55,635 bases of DNA, taken from NCBI GenBank assembly GCA_964439045.1, contig CAYTMO010000002.1, positions 1-55,635 of the forward strand, read 5' to 3'. The number at the start of each line of letters is the position of its first letter. Position 1 is the stretch's first letter. Under the pieces are notes generated by a model. That model searched no databases. It saw only the letters and a list, made by a program, of their open reading frames with translations, and was not told the DNA's origin. The position numbers were made by a program, and so were the translations under genes. Positions 45,329-55,547 of the stretch are shown here, piece by piece. This stretch comes from an uncultured Candidatus Saccharibacteria bacterium (lineage in GTDB: Bacteria > Patescibacteriota > Minisyncoccia > Phycocordibacterales > UBA9973).

Positions 45329-45538
45329 GTCGTGAAATGCCTTTTCCTATTTGTTGCCAGTTTTCATAGCAATCCAAATAGATGCTCCAAAAAGGATAGA
45401 AATTATTAGTCCCCAACTTGTCCAATTGCCAAAGCCTTCCATAGCGTTGTTTTTTTGATGAAGAAAAAAGTTTTGAGAATAAAAAAGTAGCGACTGAAGC
45501 AATAACAATCGCTACTTATAATTTTTTTGTTTTCACCT

Positions 45539-46432
45539 TCACTTCGGCTTTTTTTTGTTTTTAGCCAAAGCTTTTTTGGCCTCTCTGTCTCGTAGTACCA
45601 TACCAAAATCTGGTTCGGCAATACTGAGCATCTTCAATTGTGCATCGGTAAGTTCCTCAATCGGCGTCCCTGGTCCCGGTGTTGCAAACTCAACCCTTTT
45701 ACCTTTAACGGGTTTATTATTCTCGTCCAAGTACAAGACCACCTCGTCGTAGCCTTTAACAATACCACCATTGCCTTGTCTCATAACAGAAGCAGGGATT
45801 TCGTGTATCTCTTTTTTCTTCGGATCGTAAGTTAAGCTTTTGTTGCTACTACCCTTCTTTTTGGGGACAACAGTTGAAGCCACAGAAGTTACTTCCACAA
45901 CTTCGGCAAAAACTTTTTCAGGTTTTTTTATATTCCCTCCAAACTCTTTGCTCATTTGTTCCACGCTCCACCACTGTTTTTCACCACCAGCCGCAAATGT
46001 AGCTTTCGCGAGACCAATTTGTGTAATTCTTCTGTTCACTCCAGCAAGTGTAATTCTATTATTCATCTCATCTTGATATCCTTGAGACAAACTTGAAAAA
46101 TAGGTTACACTCTGAAAGTCTGACATAGTAGCCTTTTTCTTCGGACTCAAGTCTTCATACACAATCTCCGGTCCATCTTTTTCAGTACGTACTTTCGTAT
46201 TCGCAGTATTTTTTTTCTTCGAACCAGTTATTCCGGATGGAAGAATAAAATTTTCTGTTTTCAGTGTATTCACTGTGTCGTTTGTTGCAGTAGGTTCTTC
46301 TGCTGACATTCCAGCTTGGAAGAATTTTGAAGAGGAATCATTTTTCGTGGTATACCCATACCAGGTAAGACCAAAAAAAACAATGAGGCAAATAATAACA
46401 AAGCCTCCAATGTATGCGAGAATCGTTTTCAT
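45539..46432 (-). CDS. membrane-anchored hypothetical protein
   Basis: Preferred start MKTILAYIGG (CAT at 46430-46432), which removes the overlap with the upstream gene. Single TM helix and a Lys-rich tail. Confidence 0.6.
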   Translation of the reverse strand: MKTILAYIGGFVIICLIVFFGLTWYGYTTKNDSSSKFFQAGMSAEEPTATNDTVNTLKTENFILPSGITGSKKKNTANTKVRTEKDGPEIVYEDLSPKKKATMSDFQSVTYFSSLSQGYQDEMNNRITLAGVNRRITQIGLAKATFAAGGEKQWWSVEQMSKEFGGNIKKPEKVFAEVVEVTSVASTVVPKKKGSSNKSLTYDPKKKEIHEIPASVMRQGNGGIVKGYDEVVLYLDENNKPVKGKRVEFATPGPGTPIEELTDAQLKMLSIAEPDFGMVLRDREAKKALAKNKKKPK

Positions 46433-46461
46433 AAAAAAGGTATGAAGTGAAAAAATAAGAA

Positions 46462-47394
46462 TTAACCTGATCGTGCGTTTATCACCGCAAAATCTATCCT
46501 CCACAATTCGAGATCGTCGATTATTTTAGATATTTTGTAGTGATATGTGTCGCTGGTTGCATATCCGCCCCGCTTCAACTCTACCGCAATGGCAGCGTAG
46601 TAAGGGACTTTGTCAGTGTTCTCGTACCATCCCTTTTCGATTTTATACAACCGATCAGAAACGGGAAAGGAGAAAATTCTACGGTAACGTTTATTCATCA
46701 GCACAGTACTCTGTGCTTTGTAACTCCACTCTGCGCTTTTATAAACACAGAAATGGTCCCAAGGAACATCATCGCTAGACTGTACACACCCAATAGCATT
46801 TTCACGAGGGCTCCAATCGTAGCGATTGTTTTTATCATTTTGACGACATTTAACGCCAAAATGATTATTGGAATTTTTACAAAGCCAAGACTTGCCGGAG
46901 CTAGACTCTAAGATGCCTTGTGCAAGCTTGATGCTCGCAGGAATCCCGTGTTTCAACATTTCGATTATGGCGAACTGTTGAAATGTGTCTATGTACGCAA
47001 TTTGACTTGCGTGCCCAGGAATCCACTTACCTTCTCTCTTTAGTTTGGTAACTATACTGTCGCCTTCCCAAGAAGTATTTACAGTGCGTATTTGCGTATT
47101 TTTCTGGCGATGAAGAATAATAGTATCCCCGTCACTTGTAATACTCTCTTCTTCTACGATAAAGCCTTTATAAAAAGACTGAGTCGCAGAATAAGAAAAT
47201 CGACTTGCTTTATCTAATCCTATTTTGAAATTATCGACTAGTTCATCTAGTGGCAACTCCACGGAGAATCTACCAGCTACTTCTAGCCCCCAAGAAAAGC
47301 TTTTGTTAACTACTGGTATTTTAAACACCAGAATAGCCACCAAAAGAATGAAAAGCCACAAAGCAATGCTTCGGGCAATTTTGTCCCTTTTCAT
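46462..47394 (-). CDS. membrane-anchored glucosaminidase-domain peptidoglycan hydrolase
   Basis: GIPASIKLAQGILESSSGKS...NNHFGVKC matches the mannosyl-glycoprotein endo-beta-N-acetylglucosaminidase motif. Confidence 0.8.
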   Translation of the reverse strand: MKRDKIARSIALWLFILLVAILVFKIPVVNKSFSWGLEVAGRFSVELPLDELVDNFKIGLDKASRFSYSATQSFYKGFIVEEESITSDGDTIILHRQKNTQIRTVNTSWEGDSIVTKLKREGKWIPGHASQIAYIDTFQQFAIIEMLKHGIPASIKLAQGILESSSGKSWLCKNSNNHFGVKCRQNDKNNRYDWSPRENAIGCVQSSDDVPWDHFCVYKSAEWSYKAQSTVLMNKRYRRIFSFPVSDRLYKIEKGWYENTDKVPYYAAIAVELKRGGYATSDTYHYKISKIIDDLELWRIDFAVINARSG

Positions 47395-47508
47395 TGCTTT
47401 GAGTTTTGGTTAAAAAGAAGGTTTTTCAGAATATTCCTTTGTCAAGGAGTTCGTTTAGTTAAACCATTACATATAAAAATAAGATAGTCAAGGGTAGAAA
47501 TTGACCTC

Positions 47509-49968
47509 CTACTTCACCTCTCCAAAGTTATCCCCCGAGCCGTAGTGCACTATAAGTGGTATATCTGTTTTGTATTTTAAATATGACCTTGTAAGCACAC
47601 CCTCCATTGCTTCAGATATTACTTTTTCTGCTTTTGTGAGGACGGTTTCTTCTATCTCATAAACCAACTCATCGTGAATCTGGAGCATAAGATGTGTTTT
47701 GTCTAAAAGTCCAGCTTTCGCCAAGTCTTCTTCTGCATAGCGAATAGCGAGCTTGATGATGTCGGCTGTGGCTGTGCCTTGGACTGGTGCATTAATAGCA
47801 GTGCGCTCTGCCATACTTTTCAAGAATGGAAGCCTGGAGTTTATATTTGGGAAATATCTCCTTCTGCCGAAAAGTGTCTCCGTATAAGTATGCTTCTTGG
47901 CATATTCTTTAACACTTTCTAAATAATCCCTCACACCAGAGAATTGATTAAAGTAATTATCATAAAACTTCTGCGCTTCTTCGCGAGTACCACCCAAGTT
48001 CTTACGAAGCGCAGAGACTCCCATACCATAAATAATTCCGAAGTTTATAACTTTTGCTTTTCTTCGCATTTCACTATCTACCTTGTCTATCGGTACTCCA
48101 AAAACAAAAGACGCCACCCCTGCGTGAATATCCTTTTTATCTTTAAATATTTCTGTCATCTTTTTATCTCCAGAGAGCATAGCCACCACTCGGAGCTCTA
48201 TCTGAGAATAATCAAAAGCTACAATCTTGTGTCCTTTTTCTGCAATGAAACCATTTCGAATTCTTTTGCCTAGCTCTGTCTTGATAGGCAAGTTTTGCAA
48301 ATTAGGATCTTGAGAATTAAATCTGCCTGTCGTAGTCGCATTTTGCACAAATTTAGAATGGAGTCTGCCATCCTCGCCCACCATAGCTGGAATCACATCT
48401 ACATAAGTAGAAAGCAATTTCTGTAATTCTCTGTATGCCATTATTTCTGTGATTATTGGATTGTCTTCTTCGAGCTCTTCTAATACTGATATCTTGGTAG
48501 AGAGGTTGCCACTGGCGTTTTTCTTTTTGGTGTTTTTGATACCTATTTTTACAAACAAAACTTCACTTAATTGTTTTGGAGAATTAATATTGAATTCGCT
48601 ACCTGCCATTTTATAAATCTTTTTTGTAAGTTTGTCTAACTCTGTATGATATTCTTTAGATAAGTTTTTAAAATACTTTTGGTCTATCAGGATTCCGTGC
48701 TTTTCCATTTTGTCTATTATTGGTATTATTGGCTTTTCTATTTCTTCATAAACTTTTTCCAAATTGTCACCCTTTAATCTTCCAAATATGTATTCTTTAG
48801 CTGTTTTGAAATCTTTTGTTTTAGCGTAATTTAAAATATCTTCTAACTTTGGATTGGAAATATCAGAATTCAAAAGCCACAAAGCTATAGAAGTCTCGTG
48901 AAGCTCTTTTGGGTCTACGTCTTCAGTAATTTCTTGCGGATTCTGGAGTAAAGAATTCTGTGTGTCTGGTTGAGCCTGCTCTTTTTTAGAATGTTGTAGA
49001 GGTGTCCCTAAGACCTGCGGATTCTTTACTCCAGAATCCGAATTACCATTCCCAAAAAAGGTTTTAAGCCTTGAGAACAAACTACGAAATTCAAACTCTG
49101 TAAAAACTTTTTCTATCTTACTCAAGTCTGCATTCTCCCAAAATGTTTTTTCTGGAATTTTAAAATCAATTGGTGCATCTTTGCGAATTGTTGCTAATGT
49201 TTTAGAAAACAATGCTTCTTCTTCATTGTCTTTTATAAGTTCAAAAATTCTAGGGGTGATGCCAATATCTTTAAAGACTTTATTATCTTTTTCTTTTTTG
49301 AAAGTTTTATAAAGATTCTCAATAGTTTGAAATTTATTTATAAGAGTAGTCGCAGTCTTCTCTCCTATACCTTTGATACCAATTATGTTGTCAGATGTAT
49401 CCCCTCGGAGTCCTTTGTAATCTGGGAGAAATTCGGGCTTAAAGCCAAACCTTTCTACAACCTTTTCTTCATCATAAAGAATCGTATCTGTTATTCCTTT
49501 TTTCAAGGTATAAACTTGCACCTTTTTATCATCAATAAGTTGCATTGTATCCATATCACCAGATGCAATTATGATATTAATGCTTTTATCTTTTTTAAAT
49601 TGTTCTACTATCGTACCCAACACATCGTCTGCTTCAAATCCTGGTGCATCATAAATAGGGATATTAAAAGCTTCAAAAATCTTGCGAGAGCTAATAAGTT
49701 GAGAAATAAGTGCATCATCTGCTTTTACTCGACCAGCTTTATAAGCATCGTAAGCAATATGACGAAAAGTCTTTTGCGGTAGATCATAACAAGCCACAAT
49801 ATAATCAGGCTTCAAGTCTGCAATTATTTTCATCAACATATTAGATACACCATAAAGCGCGCCTGTGGGCTCCCCACCCGAAGACAAAAAATCTGGCAAT
49901 GCGTGATACGCACGATGAATAATCGCGTGAGCATCAAGAAGTACTAAAAGCTTAGGTTTGTCTTTCAT
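47509..49968 (-). CDS. polA: DNA polymerase I
   Basis: 5' nuclease N-terminus, DYSQIELRVVA and QIHDELVYE family-A motifs. 819 aa. Confidence 0.97.
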   Translation of the reverse strand: MKDKPKLLVLLDAHAIIHRAYHALPDFLSSGGEPTGALYGVSNMLMKIIADLKPDYIVACYDLPQKTFRHIAYDAYKAGRVKADDALISQLISSRKIFEAFNIPIYDAPGFEADDVLGTIVEQFKKDKSINIIIASGDMDTMQLIDDKKVQVYTLKKGITDTILYDEEKVVERFGFKPEFLPDYKGLRGDTSDNIIGIKGIGEKTATTLINKFQTIENLYKTFKKEKDNKVFKDIGITPRIFELIKDNEEEALFSKTLATIRKDAPIDFKIPEKTFWENADLSKIEKVFTEFEFRSLFSRLKTFFGNGNSDSGVKNPQVLGTPLQHSKKEQAQPDTQNSLLQNPQEITEDVDPKELHETSIALWLLNSDISNPKLEDILNYAKTKDFKTAKEYIFGRLKGDNLEKVYEEIEKPIIPIIDKMEKHGILIDQKYFKNLSKEYHTELDKLTKKIYKMAGSEFNINSPKQLSEVLFVKIGIKNTKKKNASGNLSTKISVLEELEEDNPIITEIMAYRELQKLLSTYVDVIPAMVGEDGRLHSKFVQNATTTGRFNSQDPNLQNLPIKTELGKRIRNGFIAEKGHKIVAFDYSQIELRVVAMLSGDKKMTEIFKDKKDIHAGVASFVFGVPIDKVDSEMRRKAKVINFGIIYGMGVSALRKNLGGTREEAQKFYDNYFNQFSGVRDYLESVKEYAKKHTYTETLFGRRRYFPNINSRLPFLKSMAERTAINAPVQGTATADIIKLAIRYAEEDLAKAGLLDKTHLMLQIHDELVYEIEETVLTKAEKVISEAMEGVLTRSYLKYKTDIPLIVHYGSGDNFGEVK
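48937..49040. repeat. inverted-repeat-bounded in-frame element inside polA
   Basis: Perfect 20-bp arms CGGATTCTGGAGTAAAGAAT/ATTCTTTACTCCAGAATCCG. 10-nt direct repeat TGCGGATTCT at 48935 and 49016, exactly 81 nt apart. Confidence 0.8.
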
Positions 49969-49988
49969 ATTGTTCGTATTGTAACATT

Positions 49989-50486
49989 TTAAAGCATTTT
50001 AAACTTCCTGTGTCCTTCCTTCGTATGAGAAATCTTTATTTTGTGGTGCTTCTTGGGCATTCCCTTTTTTATCAATTCTGGCCATTCTACAAACACTAGA
50101 TTTTCTGGATTGGATATTATTTCTTGCCAATTCAAAACAATAAGTTCTTTTTCATTCTTCAATCTATAAGCATCTAAGTGAAAAAGATTTTTAAACACTT
50201 TATGTTTCAAAGGATAACGCTTCATAATTACAAAAGTCGGGCTAATAACCTTATCTTTTATGCCCAAAATTTTGGCTACTGTCTGTGTAAATGTGGTCTT
50301 GCCTGTGCCCAAATTTCCAGACAAACCAACAACACAAGCATATTGATCATTGTTTGTTGATCTTTCTTGCATCAATGTAACTATTTTTTGCACAAAATCA
50401 CTGGCTATTTTAGCTGTATCTTTTGTATCTTTAGAAATCAACTCCAAAGACTTCTTTTTTTTAGTTTTAGTCTTATTAATCTGCAT
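49989..50486 (-). CDS. tsaE: tRNA t6A biosynthesis ATPase TsaE
   Basis: GNLGTGKTTF, SPTF and HLDAYRL motifs. Start taken at MQINK (CAT at 50484-50486). Confidence 0.85.
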   Translation of the reverse strand: MQINKTKTKKKKSLELISKDTKDTAKIASDFVQKIVTLMQERSTNNDQYACVVGLSGNLGTGKTTFTQTVAKILGIKDKVISPTFVIMKRYPLKHKVFKNLFHLDAYRLKNEKELIVLNWQEIISNPENLVFVEWPELIKKGMPKKHHKIKISHTKEGHRKFKML

Positions 50487-50526
50487 TGTTTTTAAATAAT
50501 AACATAATAAGCTATAATAAAACCAA

Positions 50527-52224
50527 ATGGCGACTTTCGACGAAGATAAACAAAATAAACAGTTAGATGATTTAAAAAGGCAGGAAGAAGAAGAGCTTGT
50601 AGCTATGCTTGCGGAATCAAAATACAATCTACCTTATGTCGATTTGTACAAAATCGGTATAGACAATGAGTCATTGAGAGCAATATCCGAAAAAGATGCT
50701 AGAGAATTAAAAGTTGCTCCATTCAAGTTGACTGGTAAAAACATTTTCATAGCTCTCCGTTCCCCCAGCCCAGAGTTAATCAGCAAATTAAAAGAAGAAA
50801 TGGAAAGAAAGGACTTAATTCCTACTTTTTATATGACTTCTATTGGAAGTATTGAAAAAGTTTGGGACAGATACCAAGAACTTTCAATGGCAGAAGGCTC
50901 AAAAGTAGGCGGCTTAGACATTTCTGGTGAAGTGCTTCGAGAAACAGCAAAAAGTATCCAGAAACTTCAAGATATAGGGGTTTTTATTAACAAAATAATG
51001 GAAGAGAGTAAAACCCATAAAATCTCTCGTTTACTTGAAGTTATTCTCGCTGGAGCTATAGCTATTGAAGCGTCTGATATACATATTGAGCCAGAACAAG
51101 ACCGTGGCCGGTTAAGACTTCGCTTAGATGGAGTACTTCAAGACGTGTCCTTTTTTAATACAAATATTTACAATCTCTTAAACTCTCGCATCAAACTTCT
51201 TTCTGGAATGAAACTCACCTCTGCTAAGGCTCAAGATGGACGATTTAGTATTACCGAAGGAGAAAATGAAATAAGTATCCGTACATCACTTATCCCAGGA
51301 TCTTATGGAGAATCCATTGTTATGAGAATTCTGGATCCAAAATCTATCCAAATAGAATTAGAGAGCATCGGAATCGAGTCTTATCTTTTCTCAAAAATTC
51401 AAGAAGAAATAGCAAAGCCCAATGGTATGATTCTAGTTACTGGTCCTACCGGCTCTGGTAAAACCACTACCTTGTATGCTTTCCTTAGAAAAATATATTC
51501 TTCTGAAATAAACATAATAACAATCGAGGACCCAGTAGAATACAGACTAAAAGGAATAACTCAAACTCAAACAGATTCTAAAAAAGATTACGGATTTCTA
51601 GAAGGGCTCCGTGCAGCGCTCAGACAAGACCCAGATGTAATAATGGTAGGAGAAATTCGTGATGCAGAGACCGCTCGTATTGCAGTGCAATCTGCTCTTA
51701 CTGGGCACCTTGTTTTCTCTACACTACACACCAACAACGCAGCAGGAGTTATACCTAGACTTATAGATCTTGAAATAAATCCAAAGATTCTAGTGTCAGC
51801 GCTTTCTCTTTCCATAGCGCAAAGACTCGTGCGTAAACTCTGCCCGTTTTGTAAAATTGAAAAGCCACTAGAAACAAAACAAGAAAATACTATCAAATCT
51901 ATAATAAATAAAATGAAAGAAGAAGGAAAAGATTTAAAAAAGTACGGTATAGATGAAAATGCTAATTACAAACTTTTCCATCCAGTAGGTTGTGACAAAT
52001 GCAACCTCACTGGTTATAAAGGAAGAATAGGAATCTTCGAAGCAATAGACACAGATGAAGCCATAGAAAAAATAATGCCAACAAACCCAAGTGAACGCGA
52101 GATAAAAAAAGTAGCAAGCACGCAAGGAATACTATCTATGCAACAAGATGGAGTGGTAAAAATATTAAACGGTATCACCTCTTTCGAAGAAGTTATGGGA
52201 GCAGTAGACTTGAACGAAGAATAA
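50527..52224 (+). CDS. pilB: type II/IV secretion ATPase (PilB/GspE family)
   Basis: T2SE N-terminal domain, GPTGSGKTTTLYA, GEIRD, and a tetracysteine motif CPFC...CDKC. Confidence 0.93.
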   Translation: MATFDEDKQNKQLDDLKRQEEEELVAMLAESKYNLPYVDLYKIGIDNESLRAISEKDARELKVAPFKLTGKNIFIALRSPSPELISKLKEEMERKDLIPTFYMTSIGSIEKVWDRYQELSMAEGSKVGGLDISGEVLRETAKSIQKLQDIGVFINKIMEESKTHKISRLLEVILAGAIAIEASDIHIEPEQDRGRLRLRLDGVLQDVSFFNTNIYNLLNSRIKLLSGMKLTSAKAQDGRFSITEGENEISIRTSLIPGSYGESIVMRILDPKSIQIELESIGIESYLFSKIQEEIAKPNGMILVTGPTGSGKTTTLYAFLRKIYSSEINIITIEDPVEYRLKGITQTQTDSKKDYGFLEGLRAALRQDPDVIMVGEIRDAETARIAVQSALTGHLVFSTLHTNNAAGVIPRLIDLEINPKILVSALSLSIAQRLVRKLCPFCKIEKPLETKQENTIKSIINKMKEEGKDLKKYGIDENANYKLFHPVGCDKCNLTGYKGRIGIFEAIDTDEAIEKIMPTNPSEREIKKVASTQGILSMQQDGVVKILNGITSFEEVMGAVDLNEE

Positions 52225-52265
52225 AAGTTAATTAAAAGAATAAACATAAAAAAATTGATAATATA

Positions 52266-52928
52266 ATGAATACTATGAATAACCTAGAAGAACTTAAAAA
52301 AAATAATGACAAACACTTCCGTGTAGCGATATTTGGTAGCGCAAAAATAGAAGACGGAGATGATACATATAGACGAGCAAAAGCTTTAGCCACAGGATTA
52401 GGTGAAAGAGGGATAGATGTAATTACTGGCGGTGGACCAGGGCTTATGAAGGCAGCAAATGAAGGACACCAATTAGGAAAACAAAAAAGTGGCACTGATG
52501 CGCACTCTATTGGAGTAGGAGTAGAGTTACCTTGGGATCAAAAATTTAATGATGCTGTAGAATACAGAGAAAAGTTGCCAATATTTTCAAAAAGGCTTGA
52601 TGAGTTTATGCTTTTATCAAATGCTGTAGTAGTAGAACCAGGAGGACTCGGTACTCTTTTAGAATTATTCTACACTTGGCAACTTGTACAAGTACACCAT
52701 ATATGTAATATTCCAATAATCTTAATTGGAGAAACTTGGGAAGGATTGTTGCGATGGATAAAAGAAGAACCATTAGCAAAGGGTTATTTAGAAGATGTGG
52801 ACTACAAACTAGTCTTCCACGCAAAAAACTCCCAAGAAGCTCTTGAGATAATAGATGAGGCACACAAACACTTTCAAGAAGGTGGAGAAAATTTTTGTTT
52901 AAATTACGAAAAATATAAATTAGAATAG
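52266..52928 (+). CDS. LOG family (TIGR00730) nucleotide phosphoribohydrolase-like protein
   Basis: GGGPGLM and PGGLGTLLE motifs. Confidence 0.85.
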   Translation: MNTMNNLEELKKNNDKHFRVAIFGSAKIEDGDDTYRRAKALATGLGERGIDVITGGGPGLMKAANEGHQLGKQKSGTDAHSIGVGVELPWDQKFNDAVEYREKLPIFSKRLDEFMLLSNAVVVEPGGLGTLLELFYTWQLVQVHHICNIPIILIGETWEGLLRWIKEEPLAKGYLEDVDYKLVFHAKNSQEALEIIDEAHKHFQEGGENFCLNYEKYKLE

Positions 52929-52975
52929 TACATTCAGTTCGCTCCGTACAATTTTTTTGCTAAAAAATTAAAAAA

Positions 52976-53117
52976 GCATTAATCTCTAAACAATCCTTTT
53001 AGGGCTTTAGCCCAGAAAGTAACAAATTTTTGAAGGATAGACCCAGTGATTTAAAAAATACCAGAACGTCCTACGCAAACTTATATAACCGAAGGCTGAT
53101 TGCTTAGAGATTAATGC
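52976..53117. repeat. 142-bp intergenic element closed by a 20-bp inverted repeat (structured RNA or MITE-like)
   Basis: GCATTAATCTCTAAACAATC at 52976-52995 pairs 19/20 with GATTGCTTAGAGATTAATGC at 53098-53117. Inner hairpin at 52996-53019. Confidence 0.6.
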
Positions 53118-53332
53118 CTTTGATTCTTTGCAGAATCTTTGGAACACATCTCTTTTACTTCTATATAATTGTCAAAACCCTTACAAAGCTATTATACCTG
53201 CCACACCACACAATGAAATGCTATAATGTGGATAGCTATGTTCATAACCTGTTATGAAAGAAATATAGCATAGTTCACTTGTAATGTCAAGTTTTTATTT
53301 GTGAATATAAATTTTGTGTGTTGTAAAAAATA

Positions 53333-54331
53333 ATGACTAAAATAGATAAAAAAGAAAAAATTGAAGAATCTGTCTTAGACCATACCCTTCGCCCATCTAC
53401 CTGGGAAGAGTATATTGGCCAAAAACACATAAAAGACAACGTAAAAATCCTGCTCAAAGCCGCAGATGAACGGGGGCATATACCCGAACACATACTCTTT
53501 TATGGCCCTCCAGGACTCGGCAAGACAACTCTCGCTCATTTGATAGCTCGTGAAACAGGTAGACAAATTAAAATAACTTCTGGCCCCGCAATAGAAAAGG
53601 TTGGGGACTTAGCTTCTATCCTTACAAATTTATCTGCTGGGGATATTCTCTTCATTGATGAGATTCATAGGCTCAACAAAATGGTAGAAGAAATCCTCTA
53701 CCCAGCTATGGAATCCGGTGTGCTAGATATAATCATCGGCAAAGGTCCTTCTGCTCGCACTATACAACTCGACTTGCCACCTTTTACTATGATTGCTGCC
53801 ACCACTCGCGTAGCTATGGTTTCCTCCCCTCTTCGCTCACGATTTTCTGGAGGAGTGTTTAGACTAGAATTTTATTCAAATGAAGAAATTAAAAAGATTG
53901 TAGAAAGGTCTAGCAGACTGCTTGATACAGTACTAGATAATGGAGCATTAGACGAAATCGCTAAAAGAAGCAGGTACACACCAAGAACTGCAAATTATTT
54001 TCTAAAAAGGGTTAGAGACTATGCTCAAGTCAACAAACAAGAATTAAATCAAAAAACCACACGCGAAGCACTAAATATGCTTGCCATAGATGAAATAGGT
54101 TTAAATCAATCTGATAGAAAGTTTTTAGAAATACTTATAGAAAAGTTTAACGGTGGGCCAGTAGGGCTCAAGACTATAGCTGCCGCAATGAGTGAAGAAG
54201 AAGCCACAGTGGAAGAAGTGATAGAACCATACCTTATCCAACTCGGACTCCTTGAACGCACAGCGCGAGGACGTGTAGCTACAGCAAAGGCATATATGCA
54301 TATGGGGTTTGAATTTGAGGAAAAAAAATAA
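53333..54331 (+). CDS. ruvB: Holliday junction helicase RuvB
   Basis: GPPGLGKTTLAHLIA, IDEIHRL and a winged-helix C-terminus. Confidence 0.97.
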   Translation: MTKIDKKEKIEESVLDHTLRPSTWEEYIGQKHIKDNVKILLKAADERGHIPEHILFYGPPGLGKTTLAHLIARETGRQIKITSGPAIEKVGDLASILTNLSAGDILFIDEIHRLNKMVEEILYPAMESGVLDIIIGKGPSARTIQLDLPPFTMIAATTRVAMVSSPLRSRFSGGVFRLEFYSNEEIKKIVERSSRLLDTVLDNGALDEIAKRSRYTPRTANYFLKRVRDYAQVNKQELNQKTTREALNMLAIDEIGLNQSDRKFLEILIEKFNGGPVGLKTIAAAMSEEEATVEEVIEPYLIQLGLLERTARGRVATAKAYMHMGFEFEEKK

Positions 54332-54343
54332 TAATATAAAATT

Positions 54344-54880
54344 ATGTCCGGTCATAATAAATGGAGTCAAATTAAACACAAAAAGGAAATTACTGATGGA
54401 AAGAAGAGTAAGATTTTTTCGAAGTTAGTGAAATTTATTGCTGTAGAAGCGAGGCTCTCTCAAGGTAAAGAATCCCCTGGCCTCCGAAGTGCAATAGAGA
54501 AAGCAAAGAAAGTAAATATGCCGAAAGATATAATAGAAAGGGCTGTGAAAAAGGCATCGGACTCGAATGTGGTAATGGAAAACATTATGTATGAAGCATA
54601 TGGTCCAGGAGGAGTCGGAATAATTATAGAAACACTGACAGATAGTAAAAACAGAACTGCGCAAGACGTAAAGCATATACTTGCCGAAAACGGTACAGCC
54701 TTCGCCGGTATCGGTTCTGTATCTTGGGCTTTTAAAAGAGAAATATCTCCAGAAGGATTGGTTTGGATACCTACAACCACAGTCGATGCGTCAGACGAAG
54801 ACTTGGTGCTTTTAGATAAACTAGTGGAGGATTTGGAAAACAATGATGATGTGCAGGACGTGTTTACTAATGCGGAATAA
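54344..54880 (+). CDS. yebC: YebC/PmpR family protein, short form
   Basis: MSGHNKWSQIKHKK N-terminus and DDVQDVFTNAE C-terminus. 178 aa versus about 240 for the canonical protein. Confidence 0.85.
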   Translation: MSGHNKWSQIKHKKEITDGKKSKIFSKLVKFIAVEARLSQGKESPGLRSAIEKAKKVNMPKDIIERAVKKASDSNVVMENIMYEAYGPGGVGIIIETLTDSKNRTAQDVKHILAENGTAFAGIGSVSWAFKREISPEGLVWIPTTTVDASDEDLVLLDKLVEDLENNDDVQDVFTNAE

Positions 54881-54896
54881 AAAATAAAATAAAAAT

Positions 54897-55382
54897 ATGA
54901 GAATCTTAGGAATAGATCCAGGATATGAAAGACTGGGAATAGCCATACTTGAGAAAAATACGGAAGACAAGAAAGAAAAAGTGCTTTTTTCGGAGTGTTT
55001 CAAAACTTCTACTAAATTAGAATTCACTGAGAGGTTATTTGCTATTGGACAAGAAGTGAAGAAAATAATAAAAGACTACAAACCAGAAGTACTAGCAATA
55101 GAGACATTGTTTTTAAACACGAACCAGAAAACAGTAATGCATGTAGCAGAAGTACGGGGGGTTATACTCTACGAAGCAGTTTCATCTGGACTCGAGATTT
55201 TTGAGGCTTCCCCTCCCCAGATTAAAATGGCCACCACTGGATATGGTGCTGCGAGTAAAGAACAAATAATAAAAATGGTAAAGTTGCTGGTGGATATAGA
55301 TAAAAGTAAAAAATCAGACGACGAGCTAGATGCTATAGCCATAGCATTAACAGCTTTTGCTCACATAAAAAACCTAACATAA
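54897..55382 (+). CDS. ruvC: crossover junction endodeoxyribonuclease RuvC
   Basis: MRILGIDPGYERLGIAIL, and the E..F and DALAIA-like catalytic motifs. Confidence 0.93.
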   Translation: MRILGIDPGYERLGIAILEKNTEDKKEKVLFSECFKTSTKLEFTERLFAIGQEVKKIIKDYKPEVLAIETLFLNTNQKTVMHVAEVRGVILYEAVSSGLEIFEASPPQIKMATTGYGAASKEQIIKMVKLLVDIDKSKKSDDELDAIAIALTAFAHIKNLT

Positions 55383-55547
55383 AAAGTCACATTTCGGCTT
55401 CGTGTGGTAAGTGTTAGAGTTATCCACATATATGATATTTTGGTATTGCTAAAGAATTTTCTTTTTGATAAAAATATAGCAATTATTAGTAGTGAGAAGA
55501 AAATTTATTAAAAGGTCATTTTAAAAATTTTAAAAAAATAAAAATAT

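Noticed and set aside
45347-45442. 31-aa minus-strand TM mini-ORF (MEGFGNWTSWGLIISILFGASIWIAMKTGNK) upstream of the 44603-45328 gene
   Set aside because: It is plausible as a small membrane peptide, but it is too short to support from sequence alone.
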